A DNA stretch of 64,000 bases from Fistulifera solaris (taxonomy: Eukaryota). Below the pieces are notes generated by a model that worked only from the letters and a program-made list of their open reading frames with translations, did no database searches and had not been told where the DNA came from. Shown here piece by piece: positions 12,460 to 23,065 of this stretch. A program made the translations under genes and the position numbers. The stretch is taken from assembly GCA_030295235.1 (NCBI GenBank), contig AP026132.1, forward strand, positions 1,178,001-1,242,000. Direction: 5' to 3'. Positions within the stretch are counted from its first letter, which is position 1. Each line of letters opens with the position of its first letter.

Positions 12460-13146
12460 AGAAAGGTAAGCAAGTAATGAAACGATTGCGCGGTGGTGGA
12501 TGCGTCTGGTACAGTATCTTCATTACGTGTAGCGTCCGAATAAAAGGCAGCGTGGGCGTGGCAGCGTGGCCCGTTTTTCGTTTCGCCTCTTTGCGTTGCT
12601 CGAAAAAATTTTAGTCCAACATCGCACCCAGCTGCAGCCTACCAGGTACTAATTCCTATCGAAAGGTAATCGGGGCTCAGTCTTGTTTCAAAATAAATGA
12701 CTGGATTTGTTATTATTAGTCACTGTAAGCTTGAAGTGGGTGTCAAAGTCACAACTCGAACAGTGTGAATCGGTGTTCGGTCTTCGGTCATTCAATGTTC
12801 CATTTCGGAGAAATTACGAGCCTAGAAACGGTAACCCTAAGAGAATCCAAGGTTAATAAAACTCTTTTCACGATACAAAACGGAGGAACGTCACCTAAAG
12901 AGGTTATGAATGTTATCATTGTTTATCACTGGTTGTGGGAATGAGAAGTACACTATAATGGTACTGGGAAAATAGAACAGGAACGATTGTTCCGGCTTCT
13001 AATTTCGGATTAGAAATTCGAAATTTTAGTTTTCCGTCCGTCGTCCGTCTACACTCTGCCCGTCGTTTCACTCGCCCCCACCTCTGCTATAAAGACAAGA
13101 GTAAGGTTACACACTGTAATGTGCGCGCGCGGCGGCTTGCGTCTTT

Positions 13147-13176
13147 GGTCACTGGGTCACTGGTCACTGGTCACTG
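13147..13176. repeat. Heptamer microsatellite (GGTCACT)x4
   Basis: Direct reading of the sequence. Confidence 0.85.
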
Positions 13177-13726
13177 AGAAGATTGAAGATGCATCATTGA
13201 ATCTATTTTTCCGGCACCAGGGCCGCGGGCGTAGCCGTATTTTTTCCAGGTCACCGCGTCATGCGTCATGCGGTACTGTACGCGGTGAGCGCTGAGTTAG
13301 TCAATAAAACTTACCAGGTAGAGATTAGAGATTGAGTGCGAAAACGTGAAAACGGATATCAGTAGATGAGTGTCTTGTTCGGTGTACATTAATCTTATCG
13401 TTGAGTTCTTCCCTTCGGATACAATCGTTCCAATTCTCTTAAGCCTTCGGATGACCTCAATAACCAGTGAAAGCAATCGGATCCGCTGTACACTTAATTT
13501 TACGCTTTACTCGTGAAGAAGAAGATGATGGTGATACTGTACAATTTTCTTCCGGGGGTAGCGCGCTTTCGTATGTTTCTACAGAACACCACCGAGGGGC
13601 AATTTTCGAAGCAGATCACCGTTCACCCAGCGCCCACAATCCCATAATGCCAAGCCATTGACATTTGACATTGATGACGATTATTACATTCACATCCGTC
13701 ACATCTCATATCTCACATTCATTACA

Positions 13727-14242
13727 ATGAAAGTTATCTCTACAGGATTGCTCTTAACTCTTGGTGTTGCCTCCGCTCAAAAGACGTTTATGGAAGCTCC
13801 GGAAATCATTGTTTACTATGTTAACGAACTTGCGCCGGCCGACATTTGCACAACGAATGAGCTGAAGTATGTTGACAACAAAATCACTCCTGACTTGGAT
13901 ATGATTTTGCACAAGAAGAACTTTGCTGAAACGGAATGGACTATTTCTGCTGACACGGAAACTCGAATGTTGCGTGGCGGCGAAGATCGTGAGTTAAACG
14001 CTACATGTGATTGGTGCCGACGTAGGTATCCCAAGAGTCTCTGCAATAGCATGTACAACTGCGGCTTCCGTCGTCAGCTTCAAACAGGAACTTTGCTTAT
14101 GGACTCGCAGAAGGCGGAACTTGCCGCTGCGTTAAAGACGGTGTGCGATGAAAACCTTGCCATTGCGGCCTCTCGCAAAATGCTCCGTAATACCTGTGGA
14201 GCTGCCATTGCCGGCGCAAAGTGCTTTGTTGAGTTTAACTGA
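13727..14242 (+). CDS. Secreted Cys-rich protein with multiple RXL motifs, paralog B'
   Basis: Signal peptide MKVISTGLLLTLGVASA-Q. Shares YVDNKITPDLDM, LRGGE.RELNATCDWC, LCNSM.NCGFRR.LQ and AGA.CFV with 5451-5970. Confidence 0.85.
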   Translation: MKVISTGLLLTLGVASAQKTFMEAPEIIVYYVNELAPADICTTNELKYVDNKITPDLDMILHKKNFAETEWTISADTETRMLRGGEDRELNATCDWCRRRYPKSLCNSMYNCGFRRQLQTGTLLMDSQKAELAAALKTVCDENLAIAASRKMLRNTCGAAIAGAKCFVEFN

Positions 14243-14465
14243 GAGCCAAGCCCGCCTCGACGTTCTTCAAAAACTCTGCTACCCTCATAATTAAATTCAT
14301 AATCCATAGTACTGAATAACAATTCGTCTATGGGATACTAGAGAGATTACCACATAAAATATACTATTCACGAAGGTGTAACAACAAATTTCACTTTGCT
14401 CCTTCGAGAAGAGAGCGACGATTGACACACATAACACCACATTAACTTGCTGCAAAACCTCAGCT

Positions 14466-14945
14466 TTATGCTTTGAGACGCAAGCTTCGTGTCACTTGAG
14501 TCACTTGAAACGTCTTGTCATCAATCATTGACTGGACGCATCGACCGAGATCTTCGTTGAATGCTTCAGGTGTCTCGTTCAACAAGCGAATAATGTGCGG
14601 GCTAGGCGTTTTCGACTGGGAGACATGACCGTTCTTGTCCTTGGAAGGAGATTCTTTGTCGTGATGATCCTTACTTTTTTGGTGATCTTCGTTGCCGATC
14701 AAAAGTTTGCCCAAATCTTTGACCAATTCGTCGACCGAGACTAAATCCTGACGTTTCGTCGCCTGCACACGTTGTGAAGATAGAACGGGAGTCACGAAGA
14801 CGGTCGGTTCCATGAACTCGCAACGACCCAAGCCAGAGTCGTCCGATGTGTGCTTGTCGGGGATGTGTTTGTTCTCGTGAACGAGGATGCTAACAGGAGA
14901 TTTGTTATCCTTGAGCGGTTTGTCCTGGTGACTGTTGAACTTCAT
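14466..14945 (-). CDS. Hypothetical protein, paralog A' (inverted copy of 3737-4219)
   Basis: Intact 159-aa ORF with nearly identical N- and C-termini to paralog A. Confidence 0.75.
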   Translation of the reverse strand: MKFNSHQDKPLKDNKSPVSILVHENKHIPDKHTSDDSGLGRCEFMEPTVFVTPVLSSQRVQATKRQDLVSVDELVKDLGKLLIGNEDHQKSKDHHDKESPSKDKNGHVSQSKTPSPHIIRLLNETPEAFNEDLGRCVQSMIDDKTFQVTQVTRSLRLKA

Positions 14946-15777
14946 GGTGTAGCTGAGAAGAGGGTTGGAAGAGTTGCTCTTATGAAATTCGGTGCGCTTT
15001 GCAGCGGACGAGGTTCCGATTTGTGAGAGAAATGAACGCGAAGAATGGAGGGAGATTTTTTGACTCTTGTTTTGTTTTTTCAGTTAGTTTCAATCGTGTT
15101 CTTGTGGGAGGCGACATCTTCGCCCATGTAGTATTGAGCGACCAGTTTGAATATGATGCAACCTTACATAAGAAACGCCTTTGCTGTAAAGAACATTTCA
15201 ATGAGAAGAGAGCCGTTTTTTTGTTGTGCGTTTTTGTTTTTGTTTTTATTCGGTTGGCGGAAAAGAATGCTCCGCGTTTTGTGTTAAGCCAGAGATCGAA
15301 TACCGCATCCGTTCTTAATGCCGTATAGTGAGGCTGTCGCGCGTTTCACAACTTTACTGTGGAAAGGACGTTAAAATTCTGCCTCGTCACAACGATCAAC
15401 GCAACAAGGATGAGATTAAGTGGGTCATGAGTTGAGGTTAGTCCTGGGTCGGTTACAAACATTTTTCCGCGTTAATCTAATACAAACTCAAACATATCAC
15501 CACTATGAACGCGAAGGCCAAAAGCAATAGCCATTCTGTATTGCATGTCACGATATACCATCTCTTCTCAGCCAAGCAACCAACACATTCGAACTGGGGA
15601 TCGAAGGCTATACCTATACGCGTAATGAACAGTTCGCTACTGTAGCCAAAACTACGCAAGGTTGCTACTAATTAAAAAGAAGAGCATCTGCTGCAAGCTG
15701 CAAGCCTGTGCTTCTTGGAAACGCTGAGGTCGTCGTCATCGTAGAATGTCTACGATATTGTCATGCCTGTAATTAGG

Positions 15778-17762
15778 CTATTGCTTGATACGTTGAGCGA
15801 TTGTCTTGTTTTTCACCCTGTCGCTTTCCAAAATTTCCTCTAGCGTCTGGATAGAAATTGGTTTCGGACGGAAGTCATCCATGCCTGCTTCGAAGCCTTG
15901 GTGACTTGCCTCTGAACTTATATGGGCCGACATTCCAACAATATACTGTCGAAGCGAAGGGCGCTCTTTCGATTCCCACTCGCGATATTGTTTCATACAA
16001 TCCAGCCCGTCCATCACGGGCATAAGGAAATCGCACAGCACGACGTCGTAGACACTGTCTTTCAAGCATTTAAGACCTTCCAATCCGTCCCTCGCTTCTT
16101 TTGTGGAATATCCTAGCGATTTCAAAGCCCTTGTGATCGTCTTTCGAACGACCAAAGAATCCTCAATAACTAAAGCGCATTTATCACTGGAAGGATTGGT
16201 TGTGGAATCTTTTGGAGGGCCATCTGATGGCACAGGGATCTCCAGGCATGTTTTACCTTCATTCACCGGGCATGCCGTACTTTTTCATTAGCCACTGTAA
16301 ACAAAGGAACAGCCGAGTAAACGAGAATATTATTTCCGGTTGGTGCGCATCCGTAATGCCCACACAGCACGCTTGTCCAGTACACTAACGATTGCAAGCC
16401 CAAGTGATCATTGAATATTACATCGGCCGAAATATCCACTTCATCGGATGGACGGAACAGACACTCAAAGACGAGTTCGTCATGCAGTTGATGAGCAGTA
16501 TCTTGGGCGTCCTTTTCAATAACCGAAGCTCGATTGAGGTGTCTGAAGACGTATTCAATCCGTGATCGATGAGATTCAGAGCGATCTGCAGCAATGAAAT
16601 TTTATTGGACAAAATCGACTCAGGGATGTTCTTGTCGACGAAGAATTCGACGAGAACTCGGCGGTTGAGAAGAGTCGCAATCAGGCTGATTTGTTCTCTC
16701 AGTGTAGACGTAGATGTAACACTCAGGCCGCGATGGCGTGGATTATTTCGCAACATGTCAATGGAATGCTCACATAGTTGAGCTAGAAGGTCCGAAGTTC
16801 GTTTCGCATTGACAAGGACTCCGTGCTGCTCTGCGTCCAACTGCTCGTGCAATATGGTGTCTTCCGTGAGTAGTGTCAGGGCTAGCTGGAGTGCCCCAAG
16901 AGGGGTGCGCAGTTCGTGAGAGGTACTGATAATCAAATTTTCGGGGATCATTGCTCTCTTGGCGTCCCGATAACGAACCATCTCACGAGTGGCTAGCGTG
17001 GCCAAATCCAGCAGAGTCGCTTCTTCTGCAGCAGAGAGTCCGTTGGGACGCGACAATGGATCGAAAACACAAAAAGAGCCAATCTGCCCGGAACCGTTTG
17101 TGATTCAGAGTCCGTTTTGTTAATGCTTGATGAGGAGAAAAATTGAGCATTCTGGTCTATGGAAACTCACCTGATATCCTTCGGGCGAAATCAGTGGTGC
17201 CCCTGCGTAGAAGCGCACCGCGCCGGCCTGAACAAATGGATTCTCACAGAATCGAAAATCCTCTGTGGCGTCTTTAATGACGAGACTTCGAATGGTCTTT
17301 TTGAGTTGAACCGTGTGCGAACACATGGTGATTTTTCGCGCATATTCTCGCTGATCCGTGCCTTCACACGCAATTACCCACTGTCTCGAAAAAGTCCATC
17401 AATGAGACGTTACAATAGGGCACACGCAATGCGCGTTTTCCCAAACGAGCCAGTCGATCAAATACTTCTTCTCGATCCGCGTCCAGCAGACAGTACGATT
17501 TCAAACACATGAGCCGTTCGAGTTCTTCATCGACAGTTTGTGCTTCTGTAGTGATCGGATCCGTTTTCGGTAGAGCCCACTCGAAGTCTTCAGGGTCTGT
17601 TTGGGGCGTCGCGAAGGAAGGTATTTCGTTGGTAACACCGCATTCCAAAGCTTCTCGCAGGGCTTCTTCCGTGGGAAAGTCGAGCACCGAGCGGTATCTT
17701 ACTGGGCTAGCTGAGCTTATGGGTTGATTGAGAAGATCGGTGGCTGTTTCTACTTCCGTCAT
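15778..17762 (-). CDS. Hybrid sensor protein: GAF + HisKA + degenerate HATPase + receiver (REC)
   Basis: GAF: ERL..LKSY.LLD...E..FDRLARL, MCSHTV, VIKDATEDFRF..NPFV, RFYAGAPL. H-box SHELRTPL. REC: LVIEDS, VLCDFLMPVMDG, MDDFRPKP. Intron 17084-17170. Frameshifts at ~17393 and in the 16270-16440 linker. Confidence 0.85.
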
Positions 17763-18199
17763 CTATGTTGTTGTTTGCTCGTTTGTGGTGAAGACGAGAG
17801 AGTGTTGATGTTGATAATGGTTGGAACAGTGCATGTGCATGGTGCATGTTCAGTGGCTAATAAAGTCTAAAAAGTCGAACGCACGCTTCTCCACATACTA
17901 CGTACTATTGCCTGGTAATTCGAGTGTTTCGCGTTGCGAGTTTTAGGTGTACATAAGACTATGGGAAAATGATGCAAAGAACCACGCAAGTAGAAACAGG
18001 TGAAACGGAGTGTATCGACACGGAACGTGATAGTGAAACTGTACTGTCGTCACCAGAAATATGAAAGAATAAAAAATGTAGTCTAGACTAGTCTAATACG
18101 TAGTATTTTTTAATGCTCCTATTTGCGCACATCTTTTTCTTATGCCAGACTCCGTAAACGACCAGCAATCAGCAGTTCAATGATCAAATTTTCAAATCC

Positions 18200-19075
18200 T
18201 ACCGCAATGCTGTGCACGTTGCAGAAATTCTGGACAAGGTGTTTCGGGTCATAAAGAAAGAAGGCGCACGTTCCAGAAATTCTGGAGACGGTGTATTGAT
18301 CATAACAAAAGAAAGTGAAACTTCCATTTATTCTGGAAACGTTATTTCTCCTGCTACAGAAATTCTGTGGTGGTCCAGAAATTCTGGACCAGTTTTTCGA
18401 TCCTACCGAAATGCTGTGCACGTTCGAGAAACTCTGGACACGGTGTTTTGGATCGTAACGAAAGACAGTGCGCGTTCCAGAAATTCTGAGAACTTATGGT
18501 TTGATTATAATGAAACAGAGTACACACTCCAGAAATTCTGGACCATTTATTTCTAATCATACAGAAATTCTGTGGTAGTCCAGAAATTTTGGACCAGTTT
18601 TTTCGATCCTACCGAAATGCTGAGCACGTTCCAGAAATTCTAGACACCGTGTTTTACAACATAACGAAAGCCAGTGCACGTTTGAGAAATTCAGGAACCG
18701 GATTTTGGATCATAACGAAAGATAGTGCACGTTCCAGCAATGCTGGAAAAGTAATGTTTGATCACGCAAAATTCTGTGTTGGTCCAGGAATTCCGGACCA
18801 GTTGTTTTCCATCCTACCGAGATAATGTGCTCATTCAAGAAATTCTGAAGACGGTGTTGTGGATCATAACGAAAGAAAGTGCACATTCCAGAAATTCTGG
18901 AAATGTTATTCGAGTCATACAGAAATTCTGTAATGGTCCAGAAAATCTGGACCAGTTTTTTCGATCCTACCGAAATGCTGTGCAGGTTCCAGAAATTGTG
19001 GACAAGTTGTTGTGGAGCATTGCGAAAGATAGTGCGTGTTCCAGAAATTCGGGAAACTGTGTTTTGATCAGAAAC
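18200..19075. repeat. Degenerate tandem array of ~52-bp monomers with palindromic core TCCAGAAATTCTGGA
   Basis: Core recurs at roughly 50-bp intervals (e.g. 18272, 18374, 18476, 18630, 18886, 19040), with related spacer sequence GGTGTT..GGATCATAACGAAAGA.AGTGCACGT. Confidence 0.85.
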
Positions 19076-19271
19076 GAAAGAGCAAGCTTTACTATAGTAC
19101 GGATATGTATATTACTTTTCTTCACGACTGATTCCAGTCATGAGTCATGAAGCTAGTTTCTTACTCTCCGTTCTACTACGTAGAAAGAATACGGCTCCGT
19201 TTTCCGTTTTCCGTTTTCTTTGCCGCACATTTTTGGCCATTGCCGTCGATCGAACGCTTTCGACTTTAATC

Positions 19272-20858
19272 ATGCGAACCATTCTCCTTTCTCGAATCTT
19301 TTTCCTATCGATCGTTTGTTTCCCTTGCATAAATTGCTTCAGCCTTCCTTTCTCTCCTTTAACGACAACAAAATCTGCAAAGCAATCTTTTATTTCAAGG
19401 AAAATGAGCTCAATCACCAATGCTTCCCCCGAACGCAAATTACCCGTAATTCCTTGGTCGGCTTTTGTCGCCGTTACGGCAGTAGCACTACCTATATGGT
19501 CTGTGGCTGTTTTACCCTTGGCGATCGCCTATCAGTTGGGTCGAAAACTCTTCGCAAAGACGCCTCCCGAAATCTCAATCGACTCGGGTTATCAAGTCGA
19601 TCAAGTTGTCGATCGATCGGAACGTCCTTACGATGTTGTTGTGTTAGGAGCCACCGGGTTTGTAGGGAAATTAGCCGCGCGACACTTGGCGGAAGCCTAC
19701 AACGATGGATTGGTGAAATGGGCGATTGCCGGTCGAAGTGAATCGAAACTGCAAAGTGTTTTGAAAGAACTTGCGGATGAATTGAATCAACCCGAACTGA
19801 TCCGTATTCCCATTATTGTCGTCGATACTAAGATTCCCGCTACCATGCCCAAGTTAGTTTCGTGTACCAAGACAGTGGTGACGACGACGGGTCCTTTCGC
19901 GTTGTTGGGAAACTCCGTGGTCGAATTCTGCGCCAAGTTTGGCACTAATTACGTGGATATCACGGGAGAAATCTCATGGGTCAAGGCCATGATGGATCGG
20001 TGGCAATCGACTGCGGAAGAAACTGGTGCTATACTTGTGCCTCTGTCTGGTCATGACTCGGTACCATGATATCTGTTGGTTCAGCAAATGCAACAAGAAT
20101 TGATGAAGAATGGCGAAGAGTTGGCACAAGTCGAGTGTTGGGATTTTACGGTCGGAGGTGTTCCTGGTGGTACATTGGCAACCATGTTTTCCATGTTGGA
20201 AGGACTCGTCAACATACCAGAGCCAAAATTGAATCCTTTCTATCGATTGAAGGATGGATACGTCAGTGATAGTAAAACGACCGCTGACCTACCGCTCCTT
20301 CTTACCAAACACCAGTCTCCGGTCGGATCCATCTGGTCAATGCCATTTGTCATGGCACCAGTGAACGCGGCTGTTGTCGAATGGAGTCAAGCACAGAGAC
20401 GACACAAGTCGCCGTTAGTATATCGTGAAACGTCTGCCTGTGCTGATTGGAAGTCGGCTGCTACCATGTATATCGGAATGATCATGTTTGGAGGAATGCT
20501 GCTGAATCCGATCACTTCTTATTTGCTGAAAAATTATGTTTTACCCAAATCGGGTGGTGGTCCATCTTCAACAGACATGTTCAAAAAGCATTTCCTTAAC
20601 GTCCACGCGAAAGGTGTCGGTTCCAAAGGCACCGTCTTGCACGCCCAATGGTACTGGCCTCAGGATGCAGGATGTTGGGAAACGGCCAAGTCTTTGGTCG
20701 AAAGTGGTCTGTGCCTTGCGTTAGACCAAACTGCCGTGACAAAGGGAGGGTTTTATCCGCCATCGCTTGCTTTGGGAGATCATCTGCTTCATCGTTTGCG
20801 AAAACAGGGTACCTATTTCTCCTGCAACGTCGTCGATCCCCTAGTTGAACAAAAGTAA
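19272..20858 (+). CDS. Saccharopine dehydrogenase-like oxidoreductase with N-terminal targeting presequence; in-frame TGA at 20067-20069
   Basis: Rossmann motif YDVVVLGATGFVG, WAIAGRS, TTTGPF, YVDITGE and GHDSVP. The downstream ORF 20076-20858 is in the same frame and supplies PF.MAPVN, LPKSGGGPS and ETAKSLVESGLCLA. Confidence 0.85.
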
Positions 20859-21013
20859 GAGTGGCTCCGGCTTATTTCATTTACATACAAAAGGCGACGA
20901 CTAAAAGTACGGGTGCTGCTATAGATGATACTACGTATATATTTTTGACTGATAAAGAGCTTGCAATGATAATAACGATGGAAGTCTATAATATGTTTAT
21001 AGTCAAGTTGTGT

Positions 21014-22443
21014 CTAATGCTGGTCTTGCTTCGCCAGCCATTCCCTTTCCAACTTTAGAATGTGCTTCTTTCGTAACGGTATGTGTATGGACGCGGTCAC
21101 TATTTTCCCGCCATCCTCTATCCGTTCTGGTAGGTCGCGCATGAACGCCAAGATCTCTTCAAAGGATAGTTGCAGAAGCTGACTTTGGAATTCTTGTAAT
21201 ATTGCCAGCATGACGCGGTAGGTAATTTTCCAGCCTTCTTGCAGGAAGCAATCCCATACCCGCAAGACCAAGTCGAAGCGAAAGGAACTGGTGTATTGTG
21301 TCAATAACCATTGCGTGGCATACATCGTTACGTGGATGTTTTCTTTGTCAAAGTGCTTTGCCAAGCGCGGCAAAAATTGGTGAACGAGTTGCTCTGCCAC
21401 ATACAATACTTTGTGCGTTTCTCGCATGCCTTCCCCAAATAGTCCCCTCATATAGCACGGCTGATCGGACATGATTGCTGCGACCGAATGATGTTAGACA
21501 CAAAGCCACTTGATGTGTCACTTCAACGCAATATATACCTACCAACTAGCATCCAAAATGCTTCTTCTTCCGTCACAATTGTCAGAAACATTCCCGCAAT
21601 GAAATTCATTCCTTGACAGTACCCGACATCTGGATCGTGTAAACTATAGGCTTTCAGCACCCTTTTCAACGAAGCTTGTCCTTCTACAATCTCCCGTTCC
21701 CTTTCTTCGTCGTCATGCCGATCTGGCGCGTCTAAGAGCGATCCTCCAAACGGAGAATCGACCATTTCGGCCTCACTATCGTTCCCATCGTCATAAAATA
21801 GCGAATGCCGGGGAAATGTTCTATGAATATCCTTTTCGATCGTTTCCTGAACTGTCTGGAAGGCTTTACTGGGACTTTCCTTGCTGTTCGCGTACTTCTC
21901 GTATAGGCCAGGATTCTGTTGCTGCCGCTCTTTGACATGACAGAGCGTCAGCCACACCTTTCCCTCTTGCTCATGCGGAATACCTTTTCTTAGTCGTTTC
22001 AAAACCAATTTGGGTCTTCTTTTCATAATATTTGACCAAGAATTTAACATAATTTTCCATTTTGTCGTCCGACGTTGTTCAACTGAAGTAATTGACGCTC
22101 CTTTGCCTTGTTGCGTCGGTCGTTGACTGTCGGCGGTAGGAACAACCAGACCGTCCTTGTCCATGTTACTAATAAACCCGTATTGATCTAATTTCAGCAG
22201 CGGCTTGGCTCCTTCCGACTGACTTTTCCGAATAATATCTTCCTCGTCGCTATTCGACATGACAGTCTCAACTCCTCCGCGTTCGGGCATACTGCTAACG
22301 CGACGTAGATCGATTTCCATACTGCTATTCGACGTAACCGTACTGATCGTCAAATTGTCAATGGCAGGGCTACGGCGTTGCGGGGCCATTTTCGGTGACG
22401 AAGAAGAAGGAGCCGTATACGAGACAGATGTCGTAGAAGTCAT
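21014..22443 (-). CDS. TBC-domain Rab GTPase-activating protein
   Basis: Motifs LDQYGF, RKGIP, IEKDIHRTFP (arginine finger), GYCQGMNFIAG (glutamine finger), EEEAFW, YATQWLLT and RVWDCF. Intron 21478-21542. Confidence 0.92.
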
Positions 22444-23065
22444 ACGAGAGTCGCCTTTGAAAGGATTGCGAAAAAGTAAAACAAAATCACCGCAAGGAAA
22501 GAAAAAGAGGTGCGTTTCTGCAATGCCGCAACGCCGGTGATTTGCTACGACTTTGGTTAACGTTTCCACGGGCCGACCCGGTCCCTTTTAGCGCTCCCCT
22601 AGCCTCTTCTTCCCCTCTGTTGCACTAATAGGGAGCAGAGGAAAGAGAAAAGGTTGCTATGTAATTGTATTATTATGGTCACTATGCTTGCACTCGCCTC
22701 CTGTTTTGAAAGACATCATCCGTTTCCGTTGACGTTGAAGCTTGGTTGTGAGGACGTTTTATAATTAACAAAAGACTTTACTCCGTAACGCAACGAAAAC
22801 GTCTCTACTGAATCGAATATGCTACAAGAGGTGAACTTTAAGCTTGATACTTAGTAAGTACCGATTGCAATCTGCAGCCGAAGGCCGACATTATTTTTGG
22901 ATTGTTCGCGTGTTCGTGAATGAAAGTCTATAGCTATGTTTACTCCGTCTAAAAACAGGAATGGGTCGTGTTCTTAGCTATTAAACATTGAATATCAAAT
23001 TCATATTAACAATGGATGTGCCGGAAACCATTTCGTTTTCAAAGTGCAACCACGTGGTCCGTCGA

